A stretch of 64,000 nt of DNA from an uncultured Clostridia bacterium (GTDB taxonomy: Bacteria; Bacillota; Clostridia; Oscillospirales; Acutalibacteraceae): contig CANQVS010000004.1 in NCBI GenBank assembly GCA_947627345.1, forward strand, positions 37,609-101,608. The letters run 5' to 3'. The notes below the pieces were generated by a model. The model was not told the DNA's origin and did no database searches. It saw only the letters and a program-made list of their open reading frames with translations. A program made the position numbers and the translations under genes. This document shows, one piece after another, positions 50,794-62,869 of the stretch (its first letter is position 1; each line of letters starts with the position of its first letter).

Positions 50794-51747
50794 TTATTCG
50801 TCTTCCTTTTTCAGGCTGAAGCCGAGGCTGTCAAGCTTAAACTCAACTTCCTCAAGCGACTTACGTCCAAGGTTACGAACTTTCATCATATCCTCTGTTG
50901 TTTTGTTTGTCAGGTCTTCAACTGTATTTATACCTGCACGCTTTAAGCAGTTGAATGAACGAACAGAAAGGTCGAGCTCCTCAATAGTCATTTCAAGAAC
51001 CTTTTCCTTGCCCTTCTCGTCCTTTTCAACCATAATCTCGCTGTTTGTAACGCTGTCGGAAAGGTTTACAAACAGGTTAAGATGCTCTGTGAGTACCTTA
51101 GCGGCGAGAGAAACCGCCTCCTGCGCGTTGATTACGCCGTTTGTCCAAACATCGAGCGTAAGCTTGTCATAGTCGGTAATCTGACCGACACGGGTATTAT
51201 CAACAGTATAATTAACCTTTAAAACAGGTGTATAAATTGAATCAATTGGCAGAACGCCGATTACGTTATTTCCGGCAAGCTGTTTATTGCGTTCGCCCGG
51301 AACGTAACCTCTGCCCCTGTCAAGTGTAATTTCAATATTAAGCTTTGCATCGTCTGCTAATGTTGCGATATGAAGCTCGGGGTTTAAAATCTCAACCTCC
51401 GCGTCGTGCTTTATATCAGCAGCAGTCACCTTGCAAGGACCCTCGGCAGCAATCTCTACTACCTTAGGAGCAGTGTCAAGGAGTTTCGGAACAAGGCTTT
51501 TAATATTTAGCGCAATTTCAGTAACGTCTTCTTTTACTCCCGGAACAGTCGAAAACTCGTGGAGCACGCCGTTAATCTTAATAGAAGTAACTGCGCAACC
51601 CTCAAGTGACGAGAGGAGTACTCTCCTCAAACTGTTACCTAATGTATTACCGAATCCACGCTCAAGAGGTTCTACGACAAATCTGCCGTATTTTCCGTCA
51701 TCTGTGAGTTCTTCTGTTTCTATTCTTGGTTTTTCAATCTCTATCAT
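50794..51747 (-). CDS. rpoA: RNA polymerase alpha subunit
   Basis: [18 protein letters not shown]. Confidence 0.99.
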   Translation of the reverse strand: MIEIEKPRIETEELTDDGKYGRFVVEPLERGFGNTLGNSLRRVLLSSLEGCAVTSIKINGVLHEFSTVPGVKEDVTEIALNIKSLVPKLLDTAPKVVEIAAEGPCKVTAADIKHDAEVEILNPELHIATLADDAKLNIEITLDRGRGYVPGERNKQLAGNNVIGVLPIDSIYTPVLKVNYTVDNTRVGQITDYDKLTLDVWTNGVINAQEAVSLAAKVLTEHLNLFVNLSDSVTNSEIMVEKDEKGKEKVLEMTIEELDLSVRSFNCLKRAGINTVEDLTNKTTEDMMKVRNLGRKSLEEVEFKLDSLGFSLKKEDE

Positions 51748-51817
51748 AGTGAATCCTCCTTATTAGGCAGCTAAATAGCTGTCGTTTTGTAATCTGCCTT
51801 TAATAAACTTATGTGGA

Positions 51818-52414
51818 TTACTTGGAGTACAACTCGACAATGAGATGCTCTTCTACCGGGAAGTCAATATCCTCTCTCTCTGGCTCTGCAATCACCTTGC
51901 CGCCGAGATTATTAGAAGCTTTCTCAAGCCACTTGGGAGTAGCTGTGGAATTATTCTCTGCAATAGCCTTAAAACGAGTAGTAGAAGCGCTGCTCTGTTT
52001 AACCTCGATAACATCGCCGACCTTTACAAGATAAGAAGGAATGTTTACCTTCTTGCCGTTTACAGTAAAGTGAGCGTGGCTGACAAGCTGACGAGCCTCA
52101 CGGCGTGTAGACGCAAGACCAAGTCTGAAAACTACGTTGTCAAGTCTATGTTCAATAAGAGTAAGGAGTACAGAACCTGTCTTTCCCTGAGCCTTTTCAG
52201 CTTTCTCATAGTAAGCTCTGAACTGCTTTTCCATTATACCGTAAATAAACTTAACCTTCTGCTTTTCCGTAAGCTGGAGGCTGTATTCACTCTTTTTTCT
52301 TCTTGAGTTACCGTTCGGGTTTCTGAAAGAACTTTTGCCCGAATAACCCATTACTGCAGGAGAAATACCGAGAGCTCTGCAGCGTTTAGCGATAGGCTGT
52401 CTGTTTTTTGCCAT
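51818..52414 (-). CDS. rpsD: 30S ribosomal protein S4
   Basis: RLDNVVFRLG, ARQLVSH, VELYSK. Confidence 0.98.
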   Translation of the reverse strand: MAKNRQPIAKRCRALGISPAVMGYSGKSSFRNPNGNSRRKKSEYSLQLTEKQKVKFIYGIMEKQFRAYYEKAEKAQGKTGSVLLTLIEHRLDNVVFRLGLASTRREARQLVSHAHFTVNGKKVNIPSYLVKVGDVIEVKQSSASTTRFKAIAENNSTATPKWLEKASNNLGGKVIAEPEREDIDFPVEEHLIVELYSK

Positions 52415-52436
52415 CTTAAATTTCCTCCTTTATATA

Positions 52437-52835
52437 CTATACACGTCTTCTCTTGGGAGGACGACATCCGTTATGAGGAATCGGAGTTACGTCCTTAATC
52501 ATAGTAACCTCGAGTCCAGCGGATTGCAATGCTCTGATAGCCGCCTCACGTCCCTGACCGGGGCCCTTAACGTAAACCTCTACACTTTTCATACCGAAGT
52601 CGATAGCGGTCTTTGCGGCAGTTTCAGCAGCAGACTGAGCAGCAAACGGAGTGGACTTTCGTGAGCCACGAAAGCCGAGCTCGCCTGCGCTTGCCCATGA
52701 TACTGCGTTACCGTTTGTATCTGAAATTGTAACAATTGTATTGTTAAATGTAGACTGAATATGAGCGCTGCCTTTTTCAATGTGCTTTTTCTCTCGACGG
52801 CGGCGTACAGTCTTTTTACCCTTAGGTGCTGCCAT
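52437..52835 (-). CDS. rpsK: 30S ribosomal protein S11
   Basis: [15 protein letters not shown]. Confidence 0.99.
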   Translation of the reverse strand: MAAPKGKKTVRRRREKKHIEKGSAHIQSTFNNTIVTISDTNGNAVSWASAGELGFRGSRKSTPFAAQSAAETAAKTAIDFGMKSVEVYVKGPGQGREAAIRALQSAGLEVTMIKDVTPIPHNGCRPPKRRRV

Positions 52836-52849
52836 ATAAGCGTTCCTCC

Positions 52850-53218
52850 TTACTTCTTCTTGTTGGCCATTGTCTTACGGGGGCCTTTACGGGTACGAGC
52901 GTTAGTCTTAGAACGCTGACCTCTTACGGGGAGTCCCTTTCTGTGGCGCACGCCACGATAACAACCAATTTCAATAAGTCTTTTAATATCAAAAGCGATG
53001 TCACGGCGGAGGTCGCCCTCAACGCGACAGTTCTTTTCAATATAATCTCTTAGCTTTGAAACATCATCTTCTGTTAAATCTCTGACACGAGTGTCAGGGT
53101 TAACACCTGTTGCAGCAATAATGTCTGTTGCAGTTTTACGTCCGATACCGAAAATATAAGTTAATCCGATTTCAACTCTTTTATCTCTCGGTAAGTCAAC
53201 ACCTGCTATACGAGCCAT
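52850..53218 (-). CDS. rpsM: 30S ribosomal protein S13
   Basis: ARIAGV, LPVRGQ. Confidence 0.99.
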   Translation of the reverse strand: MARIAGVDLPRDKRVEIGLTYIFGIGRKTATDIIAATGVNPDTRVRDLTEDDVSKLRDYIEKNCRVEGDLRRDIAFDIKRLIEIGCYRGVRHRKGLPVRGQRSKTNARTRKGPRKTMANKKK

Positions 53219-53274
53219 TTAGTTGCACCTCCATATAAAAATTTAATTTCGGCTTTTGCCTTGTAACTTTCAAA

Positions 53275-53388
53275 TTAACCCTGACGCTGTTTATGCTTCG
53301 GGTTTTCGCAGATTACTAAAATCTTGCCTTTTCTTTTGATTACTTTGCACTTTTCGCACATTTTCTTTACAGAAGGTCTGACTTTCAT
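53275..53388 (-). CDS. rpmJ: 50S ribosomal protein L36 (Zn-binding type; not in the ORF track)
   Basis: Translated by hand: [37 protein letters not shown]. Confidence 0.98.
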   Translation of the reverse strand: MKVRPSVKKMCEKCKVIKRKGKILVICENPKHKQRQG

Positions 53389-53430
53389 CAATAATCATTC
53401 CTTTCAAAAATAGTCTTTCGGAATCTTGAA

Positions 53431-53649
53431 TTACTTGGTTCTCCAGGTAATTCTGCCTCTTGTAAGGTCATATGGAGACATCTCCACAGTAACCTTATCG
53501 CCCGGAAGGATACGAATGTAGTTCATTCTGAGTTTTCCGGAAATAACAGCTAATATTACATGGCCGTTCGGGAGCTCTACCTTGAATTGCGTATTCGGCA
53601 GTGCCTCAACGACTTTGCCCTCTACTTCGAGAACGTCCTGTTTTGACAT
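53431..53649 (-). CDS. infA: Translation initiation factor IF-1
   Basis: [13 protein letters not shown]. Confidence 0.99.
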   Translation of the reverse strand: MSKQDVLEVEGKVVEALPNTQFKVELPNGHVILAVISGKLRMNYIRILPGDKVTVEMSPYDLTRGRITWRTK

Positions 53650-53651
53650 AA

Positions 53652-53900
53652 CTAATCCTCCTGATTAACCCGGCTGAAATTATTCAGCAGTTTTCTTAAT
53701 TGCTTATCTGAATTCGGCATTTCAACGACCGCGTCGGTTTTTACGATGTGTTTCAGGTTCTTTTTTTTCGGACTTAAAAGCTTTCTTTCTTTTCCGTCAG
53801 CTAAATAAGCGAAACCGTTTTTAACTTCCAAAACCACGAAAAACCTTCCCTCGTCGTGACCTGCCTTCGACGCTACTATTTGTCCTCTGACTATTTGCAT
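53652..53900 (-). CDS. KOW-domain protein (L14e-like)
   Basis: [20 protein letters not shown]; usual position between map and infA. Confidence 0.88.
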   Translation of the reverse strand: MQIVRGQIVASKAGHDEGRFFVVLEVKNGFAYLADGKERKLLSPKKKNLKHIVKTDAVVEMPNSDKQLRKLLNNFSRVNQED

Positions 53901-53914
53901 AGCTCACCTTAAAA

Positions 53915-54667
53915 TCAACCCGCGACGGTTAAAATCTTCGGACCGTCTTTTGTGATAGCGATTGTGTTTTCATAGTGAGCGGCAAGCTTACCGTCTACGG
54001 TTACAGTCGTCCAGTCATCGTCAAGGACATCCACCTCATAGCTTCCTTCACATACCATCGGTTCGATGGCTATTGTCATACCGGGAAGAAGTCGTATTCC
54101 GTGTCCGGCTTTGCCGAAATTCGGAATACTCGGGTCTTCATGTAACTTCGCACCTACGCCGTGGCCGACAAAATCTCGTACCACCGAGTAACTGCGAGCT
54201 TCGACATACGTCTGAACTGCGTTGCCTATATCGCCTACGCGATTACCTGCAAGCGCCGCCTCGATTCCCTTTTCGAGGCCGATTCTTGTTGCGTCCATAA
54301 GTTTCTGAGCTTTTTCGCTTACCTTTCCGCAAGCAAAAGTATAAGCGTTATCGCCGTGAAAGCCTTCGTAGAACGCACCGACATCTACGCTTACGATGTC
54401 GCCCTCTTTAAGAACCTGTTCTTTGCTTGGTATGCCATGGATAACCACATCATTTACGGAAATACAAGCGCTTGCCGGAAATCCGCCGTAACCGAGAAAC
54501 GAAGGCGTTGCGCCCTGTTTCTCGATATATTCACGGACTTTTTCGTCAATCTCCCAGGTAGTGATACCGGGCTTGACATATTCACCGGCAACACGCAGAG
54601 CGTTTGCGGAAATTCTGCAAGCGTCCATCATTTTTGATATTTCGCGCGCTGTCTTAACAATTACCAT
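53915..54667 (-). CDS. map: Methionine aminopeptidase type I
   Basis: HGIP, GHGVG, IEPM, AHYE. Confidence 0.98.
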   Translation of the reverse strand: MVIVKTAREISKMMDACRISANALRVAGEYVKPGITTWEIDEKVREYIEKQGATPSFLGYGGFPASACISVNDVVIHGIPSKEQVLKEGDIVSVDVGAFYEGFHGDNAYTFACGKVSEKAQKLMDATRIGLEKGIEAALAGNRVGDIGNAVQTYVEARSYSVVRDFVGHGVGAKLHEDPSIPNFGKAGHGIRLLPGMTIAIEPMVCEGSYEVDVLDDDWTTVTVDGKLAAHYENTIAITKDGPKILTVAG

Positions 54668-54668
54668 A

Positions 54669-55301
54669 TTATACCCCGATTGCCTTAAATACCGCTTCGG
54701 TGGTCTCCTTTACGGTATCCTTGCCCTCGACAACTTTGAGTTTTCCCTGGCTCTTGTAGTAATTTACAAGAGGCTCGGTTTCTCTGTGATAGATGTCAAG
54801 GCGGTTTTTAATGGTGTCAATCTGGTCATCCTTGCGCTGAACAAGGGCGCCGTTACAGTCGTCGCATACCCCATCAACCTTTGGCTTTAAGCTTTCAATA
54901 TGATAAGGTCTGCCACAATTTTCACAGACGCGGCGTCCGGACAGTCTGTTTATGATAACATCGTCTTTAACCTCAATGTCGATTACGCAGTCGATGTCAG
55001 CACCCATTTTGTCCAGAGCCTCGGCCTGAGGAATGGTTCTCGGGAATCCGTCAAGAATGTATCCGTTCTTGCAGTCGTCCTCCTGAAGGCGATCCTTTAC
55101 TATGCCGATAACAACCTCGTCAGGAACGAGCTGTCCCGCATCCATATAGGATTTTGCCTGTAGTCCCATTTCAGTGCCGGTTCTCAGCGCCTCACGGATA
55201 ATATTACCCGTTGAGATAGTAGGGATATTTAAGTGCTCGCAAAGTACAGCGGCCTGTGTGCCTTTTCCCGCACCGGGAGCACCCAACATAATAATGTTCA
55301 T
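54669..55301 (-). CDS. adk: Adenylate kinase
   Basis: GAPGAGKGT, DGFPR, Zn-type LID. Confidence 0.98.
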   Translation of the reverse strand: MNIIMLGAPGAGKGTQAAVLCEHLNIPTISTGNIIREALRTGTEMGLQAKSYMDAGQLVPDEVVIGIVKDRLQEDDCKNGYILDGFPRTIPQAEALDKMGADIDCVIDIEVKDDVIINRLSGRRVCENCGRPYHIESLKPKVDGVCDDCNGALVQRKDDQIDTIKNRLDIYHRETEPLVNYYKSQGKLKVVEGKDTVKETTEAVFKAIGV

Positions 55302-55319
55302 AGCTTTCTATCCTTTCAA

Positions 55320-56633
55320 TTAATCAAGGAAGCCCTTGTAATGGCGCATCATCATTTGAGATTCCATCTGCTTCGATGTTTCAAGCGCAACACCTACAAC
55401 GATGATGATTGAGGTACCGCCCATTGACATACCGCCCATACCTGTAAACGCGGCATAGAGAAGCGGAAATTCAGCGATGAAGCCAAGGAACAAACAACCG
55501 ATAAGTGTAATTCTGGAGAGAATCTTCCTTATAAAGTCAGCAGTCGGAGCGCCCGGACGGATACCGGGGATTGTTCCGTTGTTCTGCTTAAGGTTATTAG
55601 CCATCTCAACAGGATTATACTGAATGGTTGTATAGAAATAACCGAACATTATAATCAAAACGAAGTACAAAGTCATATACAGCCAACCCGTTGTGTTGAA
55701 AGCGTCAAAGAAGCTTTTCCAGAAACCTTCGGACGGATTAAAGCCGAATGCCTGAATTGTACTCGGAATTGAAAGAATTGATGAAGCAAAGATGATAGGA
55801 AGTACTCCGCCGAGCGCTACCTTAATAGGAAGGTGGGTTGACTGACCGCCGTACATCTTTCTTCCGACTACGCGTTTAGCGTACTGGATAGGAATTCTTC
55901 TCTCACTATCCTGCATAAAGGTGATAACCCATACAACAACAAGGAATACAATAACCCAGAGAGGTACAAGAATAAAGTACTGACTAAGGCCGTTAACACC
56001 GTACTCCCAATAAGAACCGAGAATGGAGATTGTATAGGGGAAACGGGCTACGATTCCCGCGAAAAGGAGAATTGAGATACCGTTTCCGATACCGTGCTCG
56101 TTAATCTGCTCGCCGAACCACATCATTACTGCTGTACCTGCTGTGAAAGCGAGGATTATTACGATAGCGGAATACCAAAGTCCGAATCCGTCGTTATAAG
56201 TCGTAACACCCGATGCTTTCAGATACCACCAATATGCAAATCCTTGGATAAGACCGAGACCAACAGTTACATATCTCGTAATAGTTGCGATTTTTTTACG
56301 GCCTGCCTCTCCCTCTTTTGCCATTCTCTCGAGAGGAGGAATAGCAACGGTAAGAAGCTGCATAATAATGGAACTGTTGATATAAGGTGTAACACCCATC
56401 GCGAAAAGCGTTGCGTTTGAAAAAGCGCCTCCGGAAAGAGTGTTCAGATAAGCTAACGCCGAGTTACCTGTATTTACACCGTTTTCAGCCATAAGATTAC
56501 TTAACGCATTCATATCAAGAAAAGGTACAGGGATAACCGAACCTATTCTGAAGAAAATTACGATAAGAATTGTAAATAAAATCTTTCTTCTAAGGTCTGG
56601 AATACTCCAGGCATTTCTAATTGTTTTAAACAA
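55320..56633 (-). CDS. secY: Preprotein translocase SecY
   Basis: GVTPYINSSII, GIGNG, IPGIRPG. Confidence 0.99.
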   Translation of the reverse strand: MFKTIRNAWSIPDLRRKILFTILIVIFFRIGSVIPVPFLDMNALSNLMAENGVNTGNSALAYLNTLSGGAFSNATLFAMGVTPYINSSIIMQLLTVAIPPLERMAKEGEAGRKKIATITRYVTVGLGLIQGFAYWWYLKASGVTTYNDGFGLWYSAIVIILAFTAGTAVMMWFGEQINEHGIGNGISILLFAGIVARFPYTISILGSYWEYGVNGLSQYFILVPLWVIVFLVVVWVITFMQDSERRIPIQYAKRVVGRKMYGGQSTHLPIKVALGGVLPIIFASSILSIPSTIQAFGFNPSEGFWKSFFDAFNTTGWLYMTLYFVLIIMFGYFYTTIQYNPVEMANNLKQNNGTIPGIRPGAPTADFIRKILSRITLIGCLFLGFIAEFPLLYAAFTGMGGMSMGGTSIIIVVGVALETSKQMESQMMMRHYKGFLD

Positions 56634-57077
56634 TTAAATCACCTCTGCCTTTCCCCCGGCAGCCTCAATGGCAGCCTTTGCGGATTCTGAAAAAGCAGAA
56701 ACCTTAACATTTAACTTTTTATCGACCTTGCCGTTGCCCAAAATCTTGACAGCATCAAAGGAATTTTTAATAACACCTGCAGAAACGAGAGCGTCAATTG
56801 TAACGTCTGCTCCGTCCTCAAACTTTCTGTTCAAAGTTGAAAGGTTAACAGTAACAACTTTCTTTGCGAAAATGTTATTGAATCCTCTCTTAGGAAGACG
56901 GCGCTGAAGCGGCATCTGACCGCCTTCAAAGCCCGGACGAATGCTTCCGCCTGAACGTGACTTCTGACCTTTCTGACCTTTTCCGGATGTTTTTCCCCAG
57001 CCCGAAGCGTGGCCGCGTCCTACTCTTTTCACAGACTTTTTAGAGCCTGCGGCAGGTGAAAGTTCATGTAACTTCAT
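56634..57077 (-). CDS. rplO: 50S ribosomal protein L15
   Basis: GRG..GKG.KGQ..R, FEGGQMP. Confidence 0.98.
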   Translation of the reverse strand: MKLHELSPAAGSKKSVKRVGRGHASGWGKTSGKGQKGQKSRSGGSIRPGFEGGQMPLQRRLPKRGFNNIFAKKVVTVNLSTLNRKFEDGADVTIDALVSAGVIKNSFDAVKILGNGKVDKKLNVKVSAFSESAKAAIEAAGGKAEVI

Positions 57078-57092
57078 AATTTTCGCACCTCC

Positions 57093-57263
57093 TTATGCTT
57101 CTGTAACCTCTACGAGGTGGTTAATTTTTGCTATCTTGCCCTTGGTCGCAGCGTTATCGGGCTGAGTTGTTTCATCGCCGATTTTCCTAAGACCTAAAGC
57201 GTGGGCGGTTGCAATCTGATCCTTTTTTGAACCGATAAGGCTCTTAACTAACTTAACCTTCAT
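57093..57263 (-). CDS. rpmD: 50S ribosomal protein L30 (not in the ORF track)
   Basis: Translated by hand: [26 protein letters not shown], 56 aa. Confidence 0.95.
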   Translation of the reverse strand: MKVKLVKSLIGSKKDQIATAHALGLRKIGDETTQPDNAATKGKIAKINHLVEVTEA

Positions 57264-57277
57264 TTTGCAAACCTCCC

Positions 57278-57775
57278 TTATAAGATTTCCTTAACGCTCT
57301 TACCGCGGATAGCGGCAACTTCCTCTGCTGTACGAAGTGAAGCAAGTCCCTGAAGGGTTGCGCGAACTACGTTACAAGGATTGTTTGAGCGTAAAGCCTT
57401 TGTACGAATATCTCTGATGCCTACAGCCTCTACAACCGCACGCACAGGACCGCCCGCGATAACTCCGGTACCGGGAGCGGCAGGCTTCATAAGAACTCTG
57501 CCCGCGCCGTAAGCGCCGATAACCTCGTGCGGAATTGTTGTACCTCTGAGCGATACTTTAATAAGGTTCTTTTTAGCGTCCTCGATACCCTTGCGGATAG
57601 CGTCGGGAACTTCGCCTGCTTTACCGATTCCGAAGCCGACTGTTCCTTCGCCGTCGCCTACAACTACCAAAGCCGCAAACTTATAAATACGACCGCCCTT
57701 AACTGTTTTGGAAACTCGGTTGATTGTAACAACTCTCTCCACGAGTTCCTTAGTTGTTTCAACATTTTTAGCCAA
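57278..57775 (-). CDS. rpsE: 30S ribosomal protein S5
   Basis: [18 protein letters not shown]. Confidence 0.99.
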   Translation of the reverse strand: MAKNVETTKELVERVVTINRVSKTVKGGRIYKFAALVVVGDGEGTVGFGIGKAGEVPDAIRKGIEDAKKNLIKVSLRGTTIPHEVIGAYGAGRVLMKPAAPGTGVIAGGPVRAVVEAVGIRDIRTKALRSNNPCNVVRATLQGLASLRTAEEVAAIRGKSVKEIL

Positions 57776-57793
57776 AGTGATTCCTCCCCTTCC

Positions 57794-58153
57794 TTAGAAA
57801 TTGAGGCCGCCCTCACGGGCGCCTTCGGCCAATTCCTTAACACGGCCGTGATAGATGTTTCCACCTCTGTCGAAAACGACGTCGGTAATCTTCTTCTCTG
57901 CTGCACGCTCGGCAACAAGCTTGCCTACTGCCTTTGCAGCCTCTTTGTTTCCGCCGTTAGCGGTGATAGTCTTATCAAGGCTTGACGCCTGCACAAGAGT
58001 AACACCCTTTACGTCATCAATAATCTGAGCGTAAATATTATTAGTGGAGCGGAATACACATAAACGCGGACGCTCTGCGGTGCCGCTGATTTTACCGCGA
58101 ACTCTCTTATGTCTTTTCAGACGAGCTTTCTTAGTATCAGGTCTGTTTACCAT
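57794..58153 (-). CDS. rplR: 50S ribosomal protein L18
   Basis: RPRL.VFRS, VFDRGG. Confidence 0.99.
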   Translation of the reverse strand: MVNRPDTKKARLKRHKRVRGKISGTAERPRLCVFRSTNNIYAQIIDDVKGVTLVQASSLDKTITANGGNKEAAKAVGKLVAERAAEKKITDVVFDRGGNIYHGRVKELAEGAREGGLNF

Positions 58154-58171
58154 TTGTCATTCACTCCTTAA

Positions 58172-58714
58172 TTATTTACCCTTACCGGCTTTGCCTTCCT
58201 TACGGCGGATATATTCGTCAGCGTACTTAATACCTTTACCTTTATACGGCTCAGGCGGACGCTTTTCTCTAACCTCGGCAGCAAACTGACCGACTTTTTG
58301 CTTATCAATGCCGACGATTACGATTTTGTTCGGATTGGGAACTTCGATTTTGATGTCCTCTGTATCCTCAACTATAACCTTATGAGAAAAACCGAGGTTC
58401 ATAATGCACTGCTTACCTTTCTTTTCAACACGGTAACCAACGCCGTTAACATCAAGTTCCTTTTTATAGCCTTCCGTAACTCCCGTCACCATATTAGCGA
58501 TAAGCGTACGGGTAAGGCCGTGTAAAGAACGATTTGTCTTTTCGTCATTAGGACGCGTAACTATAATCTCTTCGCCCTTTACTTCAACCGTCATAGCGGG
58601 GTTGAATTTGAAGTTCAAGGTTCCCTTAGGTCCCTTTACTTCGATAACACCGTCGTTAACGGAAACATTAACTCCGGCGGGAATATTTATAGGTTTTCTT
58701 CCAATTCGAGACAT
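58172..58714 (-). CDS. rplF: 50S ribosomal protein L6
   Basis: SRIG, PEPYKGKG. Confidence 0.99.
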   Translation of the reverse strand: MSRIGRKPINIPAGVNVSVNDGVIEVKGPKGTLNFKFNPAMTVEVKGEEIIVTRPNDEKTNRSLHGLTRTLIANMVTGVTEGYKKELDVNGVGYRVEKKGKQCIMNLGFSHKVIVEDTEDIKIEVPNPNKIVIVGIDKQKVGQFAAEVREKRPPEPYKGKGIKYADEYIRRKEGKAGKGK

Positions 58715-58728
58715 TTTCGCACCTCCTA

Positions 58729-59127
58729 TTACCAGATATATGCGAGAACTTCGCCGCCAACATTCTCCTTGCGCGCCTGACGGTCAGTCATAACGCCCTT
58801 GGAAGTTGAAATGATAGCAACGCCTAAGCCCTTCATAACCTTAGGCATATCCTCTACATTACTGTATATACGCAAGCCGGGCTTTGATACACGGCGCAGT
58901 CCGGTGATAATCGGGGTTTTGCCCTCACCGTACTTTAGCGTTACCTTAATTACGCCCTGCTTACCATCCTCGATAACTGTGAAGCTTTTGATATAACCCT
59001 CATCAACAAGAATCTGACAGATGTCCTTCTTGAGATTAGACGCAGGTATTTCAACAGTATCATGCTTTGCTGAGTTTGCATTACGGATTCTTGTAAGTAA
59101 ATCAGCTATTGTATCTGTAATTTGCAT
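58729..59127 (-). CDS. rpsH: 30S ribosomal protein S8
   Basis: [14 protein letters not shown]. Confidence 0.99.
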   Translation of the reverse strand: MQITDTIADLLTRIRNANSAKHDTVEIPASNLKKDICQILVDEGYIKSFTVIEDGKQGVIKVTLKYGEGKTPIITGLRRVSKPGLRIYSNVEDMPKVMKGLGVAIISTSKGVMTDRQARKENVGGEVLAYIW

Positions 59128-59145
59128 ACCTTTTACCTCCCTTGC

Positions 59146-59331
59146 TTACCAGCTTGCTTTCTTTACGCCCGGAATTTCGCCTTTATAAGCGAGTTCACGG
59201 AAGCAAATACGGCAAATACCGAACTTACGGAGGTAGGCGTGTGGTCTACCACAGATTTTACATCTTGAATACTCGCGAGTAGAGAATTTCTGCTTTCTCT
59301 GCTGCTTAATTTTCATAGCAGTCTTAGCCAC
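59146..59331 (-). CDS. rpsZ: 30S ribosomal protein S14, type Z
   Basis: GTG start, 61 aa, CKIC..CRIC. Confidence 0.97.
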   Translation of the reverse strand: MAKTAMKIKQQRKQKFSTREYSRCKICGRPHAYLRKFGICRICFRELAYKGEIPGVKKASW

Positions 59332-59344
59332 AACAATCCCTCCT

Positions 59345-59884
59345 TTACCTTGCAAACGGCGCGCCCATAAGCGTTAACAGCTCACGAGCCTCTTCGTCAG
59401 TTTCAGCGGTTGTGATAAATGAAATATCCATACCGCGAACCTTGTCTACCTTATCGTAGTCGATTTCAGGGAAAATGAGCTGTTCTTTCAGGCCCATAGA
59501 ATAGTTTCCGCGTCCGTCAAACGAGTTCGGATTGATTCCTCTGAAGTCACGAACACGAGGAAGAGCAACATTAAAGAGTCTGTCTAAAAACTCGTACATT
59601 CTCTCTCCTCTTAAAGTAACCTTAGCTCCGATAGGCATACCCTCACGGAGTTTAAAGTTAGCCACAGATTTCTTCGCACGGCAAATGAGAGCCTTCTGAC
59701 CTGTGATTAGTCCGAGGTCGTTAACAATATTGTCAATAACCTTTGCGTTATCCTTAGCCTCGCCGGCGCCAACGTTTACGACGATTTTATCAAGCTTGGG
59801 AATTTGCATAACGCTCTTATAGGAGAACTTCTTCATAAGAGCAGGTGCAACTTCGTCAGCATAAAATTTCTTAAGTCTTGCCAT
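59345..59884 (-). CDS. rplE: 50S ribosomal protein L5
   Basis: TLRG, FDGRGN, GMDI. Confidence 0.99.
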   Translation of the reverse strand: MARLKKFYADEVAPALMKKFSYKSVMQIPKLDKIVVNVGAGEAKDNAKVIDNIVNDLGLITGQKALICRAKKSVANFKLREGMPIGAKVTLRGERMYEFLDRLFNVALPRVRDFRGINPNSFDGRGNYSMGLKEQLIFPEIDYDKVDKVRGMDISFITTAETDEEARELLTLMGAPFAR

Positions 59885-59898
59885 TTCTTATATCCTCC

Positions 59899-60216
59899 TT
59901 AAAGCGCTTCGCCGCATTTTCTGCAAATTCGGCCCTTTGAGCCGTCTTCGTAGATTTTATGACCGACTCTTGTCGGCTTTTTGCAACGCGGACAAACTAT
60001 CTGAACCTTGTCGGCATACATAGCTGCCTCAGCCTTTATAATACCGCCCGGCTCGCCCATTTTTCTGGGTTTAACGTGCTTTGAAACCATATTAATCTTT
60101 TCAACGATAACCTTTCGTTCGCTGGGTGATACTGCTAAAACAGTACCCTGCTTGCCTTTATCCTTACCGCTGATAACAACTACGGTGTCGCCTGTTTTTA
60201 CATGAACCTTATTCAT
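59899..60216 (-). CDS. rplX: 50S ribosomal protein L24
   Basis: GDTVVVISGKDKG. Confidence 0.98.
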   Translation of the reverse strand: MNKVHVKTGDTVVVISGKDKGKQGTVLAVSPSERKVIVEKINMVSKHVKPRKMGEPGGIIKAEAAMYADKVQIVCPRCKKPTRVGHKIYEDGSKGRICRKCGEAL

Positions 60217-60230
60217 TTGTGACACCTCCA

Positions 60231-60599
60231 TTAAAGTACTTCGGGAGCGAGGGATAAGATTTTGAGATAACCCTTATCACGAAGCTCTCTTGCAACAGGT
60301 CCGAAGATACGTGTTCCGCGGGGGTCCTTATCTTCCTTAATAACTACTGCTGCGTTTTCATCAAAGCGGATGTATGTTCCGTCCTCACGGCGTACGCCCT
60401 TGGCGCTTCGCACTACGACAGCCTTTACAACATCGCCCTTCTTTACTACACCGCCGGGAGCCGCTTTCTTTACGGAAGCAACGATTACATCGCCGATGTT
60501 AGCATATCTTCTTCTTGTACCGCCGAGAACACGAATGCACATAAGTTCCTTTGCGCCTGTGTTGTCAGCGACTTTTAATAAAGTTTGCTGCTGTATCAC
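60231..60599 (-). CDS. rplN: 50S ribosomal protein L14
   Basis: VADNTGA, LAPEVL. Confidence 0.99.
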   Translation of the reverse strand: MIQQQTLLKVADNTGAKELMCIRVLGGTRRRYANIGDVIVASVKKAAPGGVVKKGDVVKAVVVRSAKGVRREDGTYIRFDENAAVVIKEDKDPRGTRIFGPVARELRDKGYLKILSLAPEVL

Positions 60600-60612
60600 A
60601 GTGTGTTCCTCC

Positions 60613-60870
60613 TTATTTAGCCTTTTCTACAATCTCGACAAGACGGTATCTTTTATCCTTAGAAAGAGGACGTGTCTCCATAACCTTAACGCGGTCGCCT
60701 ACTTTTGCCTCATTCTTTTCATCGTGAGCTTTAAGACGGCGGGAGCGCTTAACGACCTTATTATAAAGCTTATGCTTTACGCTGTCCTCGATAAGAACTA
60801 CGATAGTTTTATCCATTTTGTCGGATACGACCTTACCGATGGCAGTCTTTCTCATATTTCTTTCAGCCAT
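60613..60870 (-). CDS. rpsQ: 30S ribosomal protein S17
   Basis: [13 protein letters not shown]. Confidence 0.99.
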   Translation of the reverse strand: MAERNMRKTAIGKVVSDKMDKTIVVLIEDSVKHKLYNKVVKRSRRLKAHDEKNEAKVGDRVKVMETRPLSKDKRYRLVEIVEKAK

Positions 60871-60887
60871 TGTTATGTCCTCCTTCC

Positions 60888-61091
60888 TTATTCTTCGCTC
60901 TCAGCAAGCTGGAACTCGCGGATTACGGTTGAAACCCTCGCAATGTCCTTTTTAACTGCCTTGATGCGGGTAGGATTTTCCAGCTGATTAATCGCAAGCT
61001 GGAAACGAAGGTTAAATAACTCTTCTTTCAGGTCCTTGAGCTTAATTTCGAGCTCGTCTATAGAGGACTCTCTAAGTTCTGATGCTTTCAT
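60888..61091 (-). CDS. rpmC: 50S ribosomal protein L29
   Basis: [13 protein letters not shown]. Confidence 0.98.
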   Translation of the reverse strand: MKASELRESSIDELEIKLKDLKEELFNLRFQLAINQLENPTRIKAVKKDIARVSTVIREFQLAESEE

Positions 61092-61519
61092 TACTGCTCA
61101 ACCTCCTGATCTGATTTTCTAACAAATTTACACTTAATCGGGAGCTTTGTTGCCGCAAGACGCATAGCCTCTCTGGCTGTCGCCTCGTCAACACCGCCGC
61201 CGATTTCAAACATAACTCTGTCCGGCTTAACAACTGCAACCCAATACTCGGGAGCACCTTTACCTTTACCCATTCGGGTTTCGGCAGGTCTTGCTGTAAC
61301 AGGCTTGTCGGGGAAAATTTTAATCCAAACCTTACCTACACGCTTGCAGTAACGCGTCATAGCGACACGGGCTGCTTCTATCTGGTTGGAAGTAATCCAG
61401 GCAGGTTCTAATGCCTGAAGACCGAAATCACCGTAAGTAACTTTGTTACCGCGATACGCTCTGCCTGTCATACGACCTCTGTGAACACGTCTGTATTTCA
61501 CACGCTTTGGCATCAGCAT
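61091..61519 (-). CDS. rplP: 50S ribosomal protein L16
   Basis: RMGKGKG, KLP. Confidence 0.99.
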   Translation of the reverse strand: MLMPKRVKYRRVHRGRMTGRAYRGNKVTYGDFGLQALEPAWITSNQIEAARVAMTRYCKRVGKVWIKIFPDKPVTARPAETRMGKGKGAPEYWVAVVKPDRVMFEIGGGVDEATAREAMRLAATKLPIKCKFVRKSDQEVEQ

Positions 61520-62208
61520 TATTTTCTGCCCCCTTCCTTACGAGGCTTTCTCTCTCTTCTCTCTCTTTTGCCTCTGTTCTCGTTTAAGACCTCTCCTTTA
61601 TAGAGCCAAACCTTAATACCTATTTTTCCGTAGGTTGTGTCTGCCTCCGCGAAGCCGTAGTCGATGTCAGCTCTGAGAGTCTGAAGAGGAATTGTACCCT
61701 CGTGATAAGTTTCGCCTCTCGCGATTTCAGCGCCGTTAAGACGGCCTGAACACTGAACTTTGATACCCTTTGCGCCAAGCTTCATTGCGTTTCTGATAGC
61801 CTGCTTCATAGCACGTCGATATGCGATACGCTTTTCAAGCTGTGTTGCAATACTTTCGGAAACGAGCTGTGCGTTTAAGTCGGGATTTTTAATTTCTACA
61901 ATATTGATAGCAACGGGTTTATTAAGAATTTTCTCACACTGAACGCGGAGCTTCTCAATCTCTGAACCGCCCTTACCGATAACCATACCGGGTTTTCCGC
62001 AGTGGATATGAAGTCTTACTCTCTTGCCGTCACGTTCAATCTCGATTTTTGAGATACCTGCGGGGTAAAGCTGTTTTTTAAGAGTTTTACGGAGGTTGTA
62101 ATCCTCTACGAGAATATCTCCGAAATCCTTCTTATTAGCAAACCAACGGGAATCCCAGTTTTTGATGATACCTACACGAAGACCGTGCGGATTAACTTTT
62201 TGTCCCAT
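61519..62208 (-). CDS. rpsC: 30S ribosomal protein S3
   Basis: MGQKVNP, GRLNGAE. Confidence 0.99.
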   Translation of the reverse strand: MGQKVNPHGLRVGIIKNWDSRWFANKKDFGDILVEDYNLRKTLKKQLYPAGISKIEIERDGKRVRLHIHCGKPGMVIGKGGSEIEKLRVQCEKILNKPVAINIVEIKNPDLNAQLVSESIATQLEKRIAYRRAMKQAIRNAMKLGAKGIKVQCSGRLNGAEIARGETYHEGTIPLQTLRADIDYGFAEADTTYGKIGIKVWLYKGEVLNENRGKRERRERKPRKEGGRK

Positions 62209-62223
62209 ACTGTTAACCTCCCC

Positions 62224-62559
62224 TTATTCTTTTTCCTTGAGCACAAGGGCAATGTGGGATGTTCTTTTATTAATTCTGAATGCTCTACCCTGTGCTCTGG
62301 GTCTGATTCTTTTAAGGATAGGGCCTGCCGTTGCATTCGCTGACGCAACATAAAGTTTAGATACATCCATATCGTGGTTATTCTCTGCATTTGCCATAGC
62401 GGACTTGAGCACCTTCAAAACAGGAGTGCAAGCGGCTTTCGGGGTATGCTTGAGAACAGCCTGTGCGTAGTTTACATCCTTGCCTCTTATAAGACCGAGT
62501 ACAAGATTAACCTTGCGCGGTGACATACGGACATATTTTGCATATGCCTTTGCTTCCAT
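62224..62559 (-). CDS. rplV: 50S ribosomal protein L22
   Basis: SPRK, PRAQGRA. Confidence 0.99.
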   Translation of the reverse strand: MEAKAYAKYVRMSPRKVNLVLGLIRGKDVNYAQAVLKHTPKAACTPVLKVLKSAMANAENNHDMDVSKLYVASANATAGPILKRIRPRAQGRAFRINKRTSHIALVLKEKE

Positions 62560-62579
62560 TGCAATACTCTCCTTCCGCC

Positions 62580-62849
62580 TTATGATGTCTTGGAACCGGA
62601 ATGTCCCTTAAAGGTTCTGGTCGGAGCAAACTCGCCGAGCTTGTGTCCTACCATATCCTCGGTAACATATACCGGAACGTGCTTGCGTCCGTCATGGACC
62701 GCAAATGTATGGCCTACAAAATCAGGGAAAATTGTTGAACTTCTTGACCATGTTTTAAGAATTCTCTTTTCTCCCTTTTCATTCATTTCTTGAACCCTTT
62801 TTAAAAGCTTAGGCTGGACAAAAGGGCCCTTTTTAGTACTTCTACTCAT
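62580..62849 (-). CDS. rpsS: 30S ribosomal protein S19
   Basis: [12 protein letters not shown]. Confidence 0.99.
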   Translation of the reverse strand: MSRSTKKGPFVQPKLLKRVQEMNEKGEKRILKTWSRSSTIFPDFVGHTFAVHDGRKHVPVYVTEDMVGHKLGEFAPTRTFKGHSGSKTS

Positions 62850-62869
62850 AATTAAGCTCCTTTCCTGCC